Source: Cyanophora paradoxa CCMP329
Lineage: Eukaryota > Plantae > Glaucophyta
Direction of reading: 5' to 3'
Assembly (NCBI GenBank): GCA_004431415.1
Contig: QPMI01000122.1
Span: forward strand, 88,491-152,490
Length of the DNA: 64,000 bases
Shown: piece by piece, positions 49,421-61,086 of the stretch
Layout: the number at the start of each line of letters is the position of its first letter
How positions within the stretch are numbered: the stretch's first letter is position 1
Notes under the pieces: model-generated
Database searches by the model: none
What the model was told of the DNA's origin: nothing
Seen by the model: only the letters and a program-made list of their open reading frames with translations
Translations under genes and position numbers: made by a program

Positions 49421-49632
49421 TGGAAAACTACACATTTAATACCAAAACTACGCAACTACGCAACTTTCTGAAAAAGTTTGAGAGTAGGGGGGGAAAAAAA
49501 TTAGAAAAGTGAAAAAGTTGCGTAGTTGCGTAGTTTTGGTATTAAAAGCGTAGTTTGCGGTATTAATTTGCGTAGTTTAACATAGGTAGTTGAGTAGTTT
49601 AAAGTAGTTTTTATTAATTATAAAGTAGTTTA
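49421..49632. promoter_or_regulatory. Palindromic iteron element, candidate replication origin (copy A)
   Basis: Perfect 32-bp arms at 49436-49467 and 49514-49545, 46-bp spacer, flanking (A)AACTAC/GTAGTT repeats and an AT-rich side. Confidence 0.6.
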
Positions 49633-50032
49633 TTATTTATCTTATTGTTATCAGTCTGAGACTCTATGAAAATCGATTGACCTTAGTGTGAAACAGTGCG
49701 CCCCGCCCACTATGCAAGATACATGCACACTACGTACATGCGAGTTCTATGAAAACAATAACGATTTAGTCATGTATATATTTCGTATATATGTCCGACC
49801 TCCGTGTGTGTGATCCGCACAACTTTGACTTTTTAGTTGTTTTTTGGCTTTTCCGCATATGACGACATATACATATATATACCGGCGTCACCGACATATT
49901 CGGCGTCATCGCATTGCGGCGAGTCCGAAACGTATAGCATGCCACAAAGTAGTTTTTTATGTGTTTTTCGATCGATCGACCAATCGCGGATGTGAACCGA
50001 CTGTTTTATTTTATTTAATTTATCATTCATGG

Positions 50033-50125
50033 GTGACAGGGGGATACCGGTTAAGGTGACAGAACGTGACAGGGGGGATACCGGTTAAGGTGACAGAACG
50101 TGACAGGGGGGATACCGTAAAGGTG
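50033..50125. repeat. ~33-bp tandem repeat, about 2.7 units
   Basis: gtgacaggggg(g)ataccggttaaggtgacagaac starting at 50033, 50066 and 50100. Confidence 0.9.
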
Positions 50126-50270
50126 GCATTTTGTGGACATTTGTGGACATCGGGGCTACCGGGTTTGTGGTCATTTTGTGGACAAATTGCGAACAAAAAC
50201 TTGAATGCATATATATGTGTATATGACTGACCAGCCGCTGAGCGACTGACCGGCTTGCAAGTTGCAATTT

Positions 50271-50325
50271 CCCGAGTTCCGAGTCCCGAGTCCCGAGTCC
50301 CGAGTCCCGAGTCCCGAGTCCCGAC
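50271..50325. repeat. Heptamer microsatellite (CCCGAGT)n, ~7 copies
   Basis: Directly visible. Confidence 0.9.
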
Positions 50326-50689
50326 TCGATAACACCGGCGATCGCGACTCGGCGGCGACCCCCTCTCGTTATCCGGGCGTAACTTTTGACAGCAAGCCGA
50401 TCTCGGCGCGCTCTCAATTGCTACGTGCTCGTAACTTGCTTCCGGGCATGTTGGTGCTAGTTTGACTAGCTTAGTCGCCGGGCGCGCAAAACCCCAGTTC
50501 GACATATTGACGGGTGCCAAAAACCGAGGTGTCCCCTACGTCGTGCGCGCCGGCGCGCGTTCTCGTGCGTTTCCACTAGTCATACTTTGCATCCGCGCGC
50601 GTATAGAGTAGTTCTACACTACTACAAAGCGGCGCGGTCTGATTCGCAAAGCGCGCGATTTGGCGGCTACGAAAGCACCGCGGCGCCTA

Positions 50690-52106
50690 CTACTTGCGTG
50701 GTCTCAGAGTCGCTTTTCGATCGCCATTAGCTACCGGCGCTACCGTTGCTACTTTTCTACTACTTCTTAATGTAGCTTTGGTTTCCGGCGCTTTGTAGCT
50801 CTCAGTTTGATTAGAGAACGACTTATACCATCGTTGGCTATTCACTCCGCCGGACAGCTTAGGCTCGGCGGCTGTTACTAGCCGCTGTAATTCTTTATTT
50901 ACTCGTTTCTCTTTTTGCACGCGATCCTCTAATAGAGTGCCTTGCGGCACAGTCGCGGCGGCTTCTATGCCTCTCTACGCAATTGCGCATCGACGCGCGC
51001 CTCGTCCTTTGCCGCCTCTAATGCATCTACTGTGGGCGCCATTAGGTAATCGACCGCCTGAACCGGTAAAAGCTCGTGGAAGGCAAAGCGACCCTCTACG
51101 CGATTGCGTCCGGATCAGTTAGCATAAACTTATAGCCCTCGCGCGCGCGACAGTATATACGATTCGGCTCCAATTGTTACCGCCCTTAGCGAATGGCGTC
51201 TTCTCGATGCGTAGCCTTACTGACATGCCCGGCTGAATCTGATCCAAATAAGCTATCGATTTCTTGAATTTCGCATCTTCTTTTTGCACTATAAGCTTAT
51301 AGTGACTCTCGTTGGTCTCGGCGGCATATAGCCGGTCGCAGAGTGCACCGTATTATTATAATTATATTCAGAGACGAAAGACATCTATAAATCGCGCCGT
51401 ATTATTCGCGATGCAGTAGCTCGTGATCAGCCGCCGCATTTGCTTGTTAAATGCTTCTATGCGCCCTTGCGCGCGATGGTCGGCTGTGTCGCTATCTGAT
51501 GCTCGATAAACTGATTCTCGAAATATTTGCGCATAATATCATTGCGGAATTCGCTTCCCGCATCGCTTTGCACTTTGAAATTGGTCTCGGCGCCTTATTT
51601 TGCAGCTGTATAAAGGCGCTAAGGTCGACGCGCGGACTTATCCGCATCGGGATAATGAACCCGACCCGTAATGTGTTCTCCATAGCCGTGAGAAAAGCAC
51701 TGTAATTATCATTATACTTCGAGTAAGCGGGAAAGAATAGCAGATCAATTACGTAGGTATCGAGAGGCTGTCGGATCGGTATAGCCGGGTCTCGTTTGCG
51801 GATAGGTGCGGCGCATTAATCTGAACGACCTCTTGCCGGCTATACCACTCTTGCAATTTCTTATAATTCTCGTCGGGCAGCTCTTGCCGTAGCTTAGTGA
51901 TCCTTTGAACCGGTTTGCGGATCGTAGAATTTACGCGCGATTTTCGATTCCTCCGGACAGCAAGGGCTACGGGCACGTCGCGGGGCACCAAAGCCTTAAA
52001 TCAGACCGCTTTACTATGCGGCTCTCTTTATTCTCTTTGGGCACGGGATCGGCAATGTGCTCCCCTCTAAATCTTGCGATCGTCTTACTATTGGCGGTCT
52101 TGACAT
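50690..52106 (-). CDS. Polinton-type rve integrase, multiply frameshifted
   Basis: Fragments YKKLQEWYSRQE, YVIDLLFFPAY, VGFIIPM, YNNTVHSATG, GMSVRLRIEKTPFAKGGNNWSRIVYTV. Confidence 0.85.
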
Positions 52107-52204
52107 CCTTGTCATCAGACAATAAAAAAGATCAATGTAACATTTTACATGCAAGAGGCAATAGAAGGTTTTGTTTGTTTACGGTAAATCGGGGCGGAAG
52201 ATCT

Positions 52205-52828
52205 TCACAACGATGCTGTTTCTATCGTATGTAAACCACCCATTATGCTTGTCCCACGATGCCCGTTTTCCTTTAAGAATTTGCGCAAGGTAGCCCGAGA
52301 TTTAATCGTCAAACCATGCTTTTCGAAATTGGGATACGATTGTGTAAGGTTCTCGCGGCACATCCAAATAAACGCGGCGCATTGCTTCCTGACGTTCACG
52401 ATTGCGATTCATTTCTAACTTCCGAGACTGAGCACGAATTATTGCGAAAAGAGGTCTTGTGAATTTCCATTAATTCCAGATCCTTCAAGACTTTGATAGG
52501 GTCAATTACTTCCACAAAATCGGCAGCAGTTACGTTGGGGTCTTCTTCAAATAACTCCCTTCTCTCCTCGTGTGGTATTTCCGGATACGTAAACCAGAAG
52601 AAGCGATTGTCGACCATCCCATACATCCTATTGGGGTTTGCAGGAAAATACCCGATCATAGAGAAATTTAAGTTCTGAACATCCATCATACGACAAGACG
52701 GACAATCGCATTAATTCGCTCATTACTCAATCCGAGAAAGTTAGCAAAGACGGGGTTGCCTTCGATTGGAATGCTCATTATAGCGCGGTGGCGCCCGCGT
52801 CTTCATCGCCTTCAAATGCGTTGTCCAT
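52205..52828 (-). CDS. Viral ORF of unknown function (frameshifted), absent from element A
   Basis: ORF pieces 52396-52689 and 52205-52399. ATG at 52828 is preceded by the shared promoter-like motif. Confidence 0.5.
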
Positions 52829-52837
52829 TGTCGCCTT

Positions 52838-52927
52838 TTACTTTAAGCTGAGAAAATATTTTCCTGTTGCCTAAATGTAGCGCGTTCTCCTTAAATCATT
52901 TTGCGTTGCCCACGGGCTTTCAATTTT
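52838..52927 (-). promoter_or_regulatory. Viral promoter-like motif set
   Basis: 25-mer identical to 60114-60138; AAAATGATTTAA at 52891-52902; AAAATTGA at 52920-52927. Confidence 0.6.
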
Positions 52928-52945
52928 TACCGCGATTACAGATAA

Positions 52946-53110
52946 ATGGACGCCCCAGTGTGGGACGCGCACCCGATCCCTAATTACTTCCTAATCGACC
53001 CGGACGACCCCGGATTAAAGTGCATATGGCTTCTCCATATCCTAAGGCGACAGCTCCTTCAATTAGAGCGCAAACCAAGAAAAAGAACGCACGATAAGAT
53101 AGACGACTAA
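52946..53110 (+). CDS. Conserved 54-aa viral microprotein (absent from the ORF track)
   Basis: MDAPVWDAHPIPNYFLIDPDDPGLKCIWLLHILRRQLLQLERKPRKRTHDKIDD*. Confidence 0.75.
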   Translation: MDAPVWDAHPIPNYFLIDPDDPGLKCIWLLHILRRQLLQLERKPRKRTHDKIDD

Positions 53111-56100
53111 CAGCCGAATGGAAGGCTATGTATGCCGTCGCCTGATATGCAGCGCTTGCTATCGAATTGGGTCAGCGCTATCCGCTTGCTCTCCAAATCA
53201 TATAAGTGGTGGCATCGCCGTTGCTTGTTTACTACTGTTACTGTTTTTGTGATCCCGTCAAATAGGCAGCGCTTAAAGTCGTCGAAATGCACCTCTTTCG
53301 AGGCTGTCCCGCTCATTTTTACCTTGTCGTAGCTCTCAGTGCGGAAAGCATATAGCTTTGGTCGCAGCCCCAATACTCCACTATCTTGACGTCGGGCATC
53401 TCATTTTTATATTTACGGGAACATCCGGTTCTCGGACTATAAGGGCAGTCTAAATGAGGGCTGATCGCTCGCATGCCCGCTTCCAGATCCGCGGTCTCTA
53501 TATACAGACAGAACGAGTCAGTATCGTGAACAGCAGCTGAGCTTGCGACAGGTGGGACGGATCACGTCGTAAAAGAAGCTATAATTATGCAGCTTCGCGG
53601 CATCCAGCACATAAGCGCCAATAGCAACCGGTTTATCGAGTTTTACGTGTTTACTATACATTTCGAATGCAACAGCGCTTTCGTTTAATACATTCGTCGC
53701 TTTTACCAGCGGGCTCGCCGCATATTTCTTAAACAGCTTAGTGCTGTTCGCGATCTTTACCACGGAGCGCCCGCGACACGATTCCAGGCATTTACCGTAA
53801 ATAGCATTGTTCATTAATTAAAGAAGTCGCTCTCGAATTTATTCCGGGCTTCCTTTCGCAGCTTCGTGTTCAGATCTATATAGGGCTTCATAAATGCAGC
53901 GGTTGCAAACGAGAGCACCCGGTGGATCTTAGTAACTACAATCCCTTTTTACATATAGAGCAGCATCGGCTGAGAGACCACGTAATTATATTTCGGAGTA
54001 AACGAGGCGATCAGCTTCGGATCTTTACTGAGCTTCTCGCGCTAATCTCCAAAAGCCACGCTGATATTTGCGAGCATGTCCGCAGTAATTACCTCTTTAC
54101 TCACGATCAGCGGAAATCGCGATGGTCAGCCTTTAAATAGTCCGGATACGCAAGGTCGACCTCTATAAATGCACTCCGCCCTACAACCTCGGTAAAAGCT
54201 GTGCTTGTGTCGTCCAGCGATAGTCCCCGACCGTAAAGGCTGACTGAGCGCATAGCCATATAGGTTATTCGCATCCAATAGCACTATATGTTATTCTCGC
54301 TATTAGCCTCGCATATCGTGTGGGCATGGTCGCAAAGCCGCCCTAATTGCCCGCTCAATAAATTCGTATTGATCCGCATCGCTGATCTGTTCTATCGCGA
54401 CCCTCGTATGCTTTAACATCGCGTCCCACGATAGTCCCGGTGCGCTCACATAATGAGTCGGATCCAGACCGTATTGCTCATGGGCGAGCATACTGAATTT
54501 ACCGATTTTACCATGAGATCATTAACATCGGACGCCTGAAAATCCATGAAATTCGAGCGTCTATAAACTTGTAAAGTCCCACTGTAAAGAGAGATACTCA
54601 TCGAATTCTTACTTAGGATCTCGACCCGCAGCTTGTCGTCTTGCTGTGCGATTTCCTGATATAGCATGCCCGCACTCGTCATCCTATCAATGACCACGGC
54701 TACTTTCGTTTGCTTTGAGATCCTCCTATGTAATTGCATTTTCGGCAAGCTTTCCCTATATAATCGCCGCTTTGGTGACAGTGATCGCGCACAGGAAGTT
54801 TTCGTGGTAAACGCTGATTGCATATATAGCAGTGTTTGGTGATTTTATAGGCTTGCTTTTGCGCCTCTGTGAGCGGAATCATAGGTGTATTAGTAAATAG
54901 TGTATTAAGCATCTCGCGGCACAGATCGCCTAACGTGGTAAACATTGTCCCAGCGGATCCACGCCTCGAATTCGTGATTTTCAACATGAGAGCCCATAAC
55001 AACATTAAGTGCCACCGACTTTACCTCTCGCTTGGTTCTATTTGGTTCATTAGGAACCGGCACCGACTCCATTTCTACCTTGCAGTAACAGACAGTAGGA
55101 AGCCACACCATTTTCTTAGGTGTTGCAGTCCGAAAGTAATAAAGCTTCCGGGCTCCGGGCATTTACCTTTACTCAGCCGCCAATCGATACAGCGATTAGA
55201 GTCGGTGTGGCTATCGAGTTTCTCCTGTGATCGGAACCGGGACAAGCAGGTTTCGCAGTAGAAAATGCGCCCGTCGTTTGCTTTATCAAAGTGGTCTTTA
55301 AGAGGCGGCTCAGTGACATAATCGTAATATAGTGACCCTGTCCGTTTGCGTCCTCGATCAGCAGCAGGTTTACCTTCGATTTACGACGCGGATTACTTGA
55401 CATGTGCAGTGGTAAAGGTTTGGGTCGCATTGTCGGCGCCATATATATTAATTGACAGCTCGGGATTATTGTCCTCGAAACGATCGATTATTTGGGCATC
55501 GCAAGCCACCGGAAAGTAATGCTGAGAAGTCCAGCTCAGTCATCCACCGCCTATATTGGAACGGATCATTACGTTTGTGTCTGTTTATGTCGTTTCTGTG
55601 CAGCCATGCGAGGATAGCGTAATTAAAACAGTCGTGACCATCGATATTCTTAATATTTACTGTGGCTCCTTTAATCCAATCCATTCGGGGGTCTCAATGT
55701 AGCAGCCGCCCATCGGCGCATATGACAAAACGGCGACATGTAGCTTATCTAATTTACTGAGCCGGTAGCTGTCGACCTGTATCATCTGTTCATTCATTTG
55801 CTGAGCTACACCCACTAACTCAGTGAGAATATTGCGCGACCTTGTGATTACGAATAATCGCTGTAAATGTGTTTAGTGATAAAAACGTTAGGATCACTCA
55901 CTTTTACGTATCGGCAGATGAAAGTAGCGCACCTTATAGCTTTAAGCTCGTCCAGCTCTCTTTCAGCCGCCCAGGCAGATTTGCAGCGATGGTAGTGAGA
56001 AATTCCACCGGATCTAAGATTATCTGTTCATCCGCCTTATAGCTATACCAGGCGTATGCTTTATTCATTGCGAAACCGTCGTCCTCATCGGGTTCTATGA

Positions 56101-56633
56101 CGGCTAAGCGCCGCCTTCGGTATAGAAGCGCTCCACATTTTCCAGGCGATTGTAGAGCTCGTCGCAATATTCGCAGGTTAGCTAAGCGGGGTTTTCGATC
56201 TAAGATCGCCGCCTCCGATCGTATTCGGCTTCGGTGATCTCCCAGTGACTAAAAGACTACCTACAAGCCTAATATTTCGTCCTTTTTCTCTTTTATAAGG
56301 CGATTAGTTTGGCGGGCATCTTTTACTCTAGGGAACATTTTATTTCTCATTTTCGGCGCGTTTCGCAGTTTCTGTTGGAGTCTAAGCCTAGCAACTCCTC
56401 GCGAATGATTCTTCTTCGCACAGTGTATGAAGTGATCTGAATCAAATGCGATAGAATTTACAAACTTATCTACTCGTTTCTGAAAGCGTCTCTTTGAGAA
56501 ATTGGACTGATTTAGCTGATTTTCATTCATGCTATTCATAGAACACCCAGCCTTTGTTACATTGGTCGTTACGGTTTCGATGTCCAGAAAGACGTCGGAC
56601 AGGCTTTGGTATACGCCTCGGATAGGTCGCCAT
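53107..56633 (-). CDS. polB: Full-length pPolB with N-terminal terminal-protein-like region, many frameshifts in this assembly
   Basis: VNIKNIDGHDCFNYAILAWLH, VNLLLIEDANGQGHYITIMSLSRLL, VRDHCHQSG, YGLDPTHYVSAPGLSWDAML, MNNAIYGKCLES, GLRPKLYAF. Confidence 0.9.
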
Positions 56634-57048
56634 GTTTCTTAGTGTGTATTAGTGTGGTTCTGTGTCTGAAAATAATTTTTCCCGATGATCAAATTTTACG
56701 GACTTTGTATGGTGCGCCCCGACAAATTTTTCCCAGCGAGCTTACTGACGCTCCTGACCGAGAGCTTTACGTTTTCGGCAGCTCTATAACAAGTTGTATA
56801 TCGCCCGATTTGATGACATGGGTGCGGGTTCTTTTACCACGGCAATTCGGGTAGTAACCGAATATTCGCCTGAAAAGATCCTGTGTGGCTTCATATCCAT
56901 GGTCGCGGTTTGAGTGATCTCGTCCGCAGTCAGGCGTGCGTATAGGTCGGTCTGATAGCGGTCATTGTGTTGTCAGTATATACAATCAAAGGTAGGCTTA
57001 TATACCTTTGTCAAATTTGAGAATGGCAGATATATAGTATACAAATAA

Positions 57049-57320
57049 TAAACTACTTAATTAATATAATAAACTACATGAAACTACTTGACTTTCCTTG
57101 CAAAACTACGCAACTTGAAACCAAAACTACGCACTTAATACCAAAACTACGCAACTACGCAACTTTTGCGCTTTTCAGAATTTTTGCCGCCCGACCTTCA
57201 AACCTTTTGCAGAAAGTTGCGTAGTTGCGTAGTTTTGGTATTAAATGCGTAGTTTCCGGTATTAAATTGCGTAGCTTCGCTATGTAGTCGCGTAGTTACT
57301 AAAAACTGATGTAGTTAATG
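57049..57320. promoter_or_regulatory. Palindromic iteron element, candidate replication origin (copy B)
   Basis: Perfect 32-bp arms at 57135-57166 and 57213-57244, 46-bp spacer. Lies immediately 3' of the primase-helicase gene. Confidence 0.6.
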
Positions 57321-57336
57321 ATTGTTTGGATGTCGT

Positions 57337-59701
57337 TTACGCTTCTATATCGTCCTCATCTTCGTCTTCGAACTGTGTCTTGGCGATCTTAGTGAGCCCC
57401 TTATAAACTCGCTTCGACTTCCCTTTAATTGTCGTCACAGTCGATTCAATCTTGAATGTTCGAGCACTTTGTTACTGATAGTGCGAGTGGTAACCTTTGT
57501 CTTGATATCGTAGCTTCGCATCATTTCCGCGCAAGCTTTGAATACCTCATCACAGGCAACATGGGCACCCTTTTCCTCTGACAGCTTGTAGTTTTCGCGC
57601 AGATAGGAACCCAACTTATCGCTGTCGTCGAGATATTTGGCGCTATGCTCGATGACAGATTGCGGCGGGTTTTGCAGGATCTCTTTTACTTTGCCAGTAG
57701 CGAGCATATCGATGAGAATCTGAATATTTGCCCGCTTGTATTCATTTTCTCGTCGCCCTCAAACATTTCCATGAGAGTTTCGTCGCTTTCTTCTCTCCGG
57801 CTTTGGGATTAGGTGAGTAAACAGAGCGGAATGGGATCGATCGGAACCGACGCTTAATAGCTTTGTCGGGCTTTTCGATTTCCAGATTATTGTTGCACAG
57901 GATCACCATAGTAACCGAGGCTTGAAATCAATAGGATCCTTGAAAGTCTCGGGCTGTGCAGAGCTCGCACCTGTCAGTGTCTTCATCATACCGCATAGAA
58001 GCTTGTCGCCATCATTAGGTTCGTTTGCATGGGTGAGCCGGACACTTGCTTATTAGCAAGCTCGGGAATCGGGCTATTTGCTTGTGGACTTGTGTGAGCA
58101 AAGTAATGCTAATCGGGCGAGCATAATCGCCGAATGTCTCTTGCATAAACGTTTCAATCACACTCTTTCCATTAGCACCGACACCTGTGAATAGATAGAA
58201 CGTTTGCAGGTCGGTTTTACCTGTGAGTGCATATGCTAGAGGCTGATCAGGTAATTGTAGAGTTCCATATCTCCGCACAGATATCCAATAAATGTCTTTC
58301 GCCTTTTAACCTTTGCCTCATCAACTTCCTCGCAGTAATCAAAGCCGACAGTCTTGCTCACCTATTTCCGTCGTCCCCTTGCGGAAAGTCATATTATTTA
58401 GATCAAACACGCATTAGTAAACCACAATATTGGGAACTGTGTCCAGAGTCGCCATAAAGTCATCGTCTTGTAGCTGTGTGATAATATGCGGTTCCAGCGA
58501 CTTTTGATACGGTGTATTCTGATCCTCTTGTGAATTGCCAGCAACATATTGGCGCTCTTCTCAGCCTTTTCTTCACAAGGTCGTCTCCACTCGCCCTGAG
58601 AGCATTGGAAAGATGATGTCCGCCTTCTAGAAACCATGGTGCAATGTGCTCAGGTATCTTAGAGAGTATGGACTTGTCCGTTTTATCATACTTCCAAATA
58701 CCATTTTTGGAGTTAAGGTTAAACCAGACGTTATTTGAATATTTCGTGGTCGCTTTCAGGATCTTGGCGCAGATAATTGCAACAGGATAATGGGCGCTTC
58801 AACTGAACGGTCTTGTCAATGAGAGTATTAATTTCTAAATGGTGCTTCTCTTCCTCGTCAGCTCTATGTTACAGAGAACTCTTTCGGCTCGCAGTTCTCG
58901 CTATAACTCTTCACATATACTCGTTATAATTGCCATCTCGCTTTTTCTCACCCACAGTTATTGAATCGTGGGATTCATCGCAGCAGGGCACAGAACCCTT
59001 GTTAGCCGAATTGAAGTCAAAGCCCATCATCGCGGCGTGCATAGATGTTTGGGAATAGGAACCCCATGCCACACAGTCCGGCAATAATAGCAGCTTCGGT
59101 ATTATCCTTGCCTGAATTTCCCGCTTTCGGCTGTGGATTATAGACATGCTTGAATCGTAGTTCTCGATAATCCATTTACGGAAGCGTCGGAGGGCTCATT
59201 AAACTTGCACGACGATGCGCACGGCTTAATTACCCAGGTCTTGTTAGGCTTGGCATACATTGAGAATTCAGAGGTGCCAGTGCAGTGATGGTTTTGAGGT
59301 CGACCTTCTGTATCCATTAAACGCCGGTGCCCGATCTATGATTTTCAGCTTATCGAACTCATCAGGGCGTCGAAAGAATACATGGTAGCCCTTTCGAGTT
59401 TTTCGAGCGGCTGATGGGCATCGAAATCATCGGGAAACATCTCAACGAATTTCTGATACGTTTCCTCATCGTCGAAATCGACCATCATCGAATTCGACAG
59501 CAGAATGCCCCAATTAGTGAACTTGGACTTAAAGGCTTCATCATATCGTTCCCAGTTCCATTTACCGCCTTTATGTCCGTAGGGCTCCTTTACCTCGTCT
59601 TTCATGGGAATAATCGTGTTTTTCGACAAGGTCTCATCGCCACGCAGCCAGTCAGCGAGCTCTTGGAGTAAAGTCTTTTGTTTCAACGTCATCTTCGCCA
59701 T
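57337..59701 (-). CDS. Bifunctional Prim-Pol (AEP) fused to D5-like SF3 helicase, frameshifted
   Basis: NWGILLSNSMMVDFDD and, after a frameshift, KTRKGYHVFF (PrimPol). LAYALTGKTDLQTFYLFTGVGANGKSVIETFMQETFGDY (D5 Walker A). Acidic tail FEDEDEDDIEA*. Confidence 0.88.
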
Positions 59702-59882
59702 TTTCGATGTCTTTCTACCTTATGCAAGAAATTAATTTTTCTTAGGCTGATCAAATTTTGGCGAGTTGTCTTTAAATGCCCTACAAATTTTTTCCCGATG
59801 ACTAAAACCGATTAGGAAGCTTGCCGATATGCATCGGAAAGCCGCTTGAAAAATAAGGAATGGATTCAGCGGCGGATTGCGT

Positions 59883-60104
59883 TTAATACTTGCGGGGTCG
59901 CCCGCGGTTTCCACTGTGAATGCCCTCTTCTTGCTTGCGACGGTAGTAATATTCCAGCGCCTTTTTCTTTTTTAATTCGCGATATTCGGGATCGTCGTTA
60001 TAGCGCATCCGCTGTTTATATATATCCCTGACACGCCAGCCCGCCTTATCGAGATCTACCGGGTTCCCGTTCTTATCATACACAGTCATAGCATGCGTCT
60101 CCAT
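59883..60104 (-). CDS. Small basic viral protein with C-terminal AT-hook-like RGRPRKY
   Basis: Intact 73-aa ORF directly downstream of the shared promoter-like motif. Confidence 0.65.
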   Translation of the reverse strand: METHAMTVYDKNGNPVDLDKAGWRVRDIYKQRMRYNDDPEYRELKKKKALEYYYRRKQEEGIHSGNRGRPRKY

Positions 60105-61086
60105 TGGTTTACCTTACTTTAAGCTGAGAAAATATTTTTATCAGTGGTCTTTGCTATTTCTTCTTTAAATCATTTTCTGAGCTGTCATTTTTTGTGACCG
60201 AAGCGAGCTCTTCTCTACGTTTTTTAATAGCGGCTTCCAGTGCATTGCGCGCATTTCCTGTATAGGATCGCGTAGAGATCAGGGTCGGGCATTCGATACT
60301 ATTTAACGCGAAAATGTTTCAGCGATCGTATTCGCCCAAATAAAGCGGATTATTGGCGGATATGGCGAATCAACGCGAATATGACCTTCTACGAAATTAG
60401 GGCACGACCGGCGTCGTATATAGGATACTTGCACGTCTTCTATTGCTACCTGTGGGATTATATTGGAGTCAGCGGGCACAGGCGAGGGCGATCGGATCGT
60501 GGCGATCGTGATTATCGCTGTGGTTGGAATATACAGATAATCGCCTACCTCCATTATCCTCGTCCGAAATGTCAACCTCTACGGTTGTGTCGCAGCAGGA
60601 GTTATGGCACGTGCTTGTGAAATGCAGGTGAAACATCTCAATGCATTGTGTGATGAAATTCATAGATCCTAATATTGCACAACGTATTAAATATTGGAGA
60701 AAAAAAAGGGAATGAGGGTGTTACTTGCTCGTGTGTTCCCATACGAATTAGTCGACCTTATAATGGTGTTTGTGGAGCCGTCCTGTCCCTTTTGCAAGGG
60801 AATTCATATTAAGACCCGCTCTAAATACGGGCGGATTCATTTATGTTTGAACGACTTGCACATTAGAAGCGACGACGCCCACCAAACATAGATGACAGAT
60901 TGGCACCCGGCTGTGCATGCACACCCGATGGGTTAACGAAACCGCCCGGCTTTGGTGCATTTTCAGCTATGACTGTCTCTTTTCTTTCGACTGTCTGAAC
61001 ATCGGGAACAGTCGCCCGCTTCTTTTCCATTTCCACGCGAACAGCTGTTTAATCAGCTTGCGCTGTTTTATTCCTTAGTGAAATCA

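Larger units (their letters stand above)
46800..49640 (+). mobile_element. Polinton/Maverick-like endogenous element A (partial)
   Basis: Abrupt GC drop and no introns. Contains a pPolB 3' part, a small ORF, a truncated rve integrase and a palindromic iteron element, all homologous to element B. Confidence 0.88.

Noticed and set aside
50033-50125. 33-bp repeats as a mini-CRISPR
   Set aside because: No variable spacers; simple tandem duplication.
50271-50325. (CCCGAGT)n as a telomere
   Set aside because: Only ~7 internal copies and not a telomere motif I recognise; kept as a microsatellite.
60300-61000. Small ORFs between the AT-hook ORF and ORF 61087
   Set aside because: Probably viral genes, but frame and strand cannot be resolved and no motif is recognisable.
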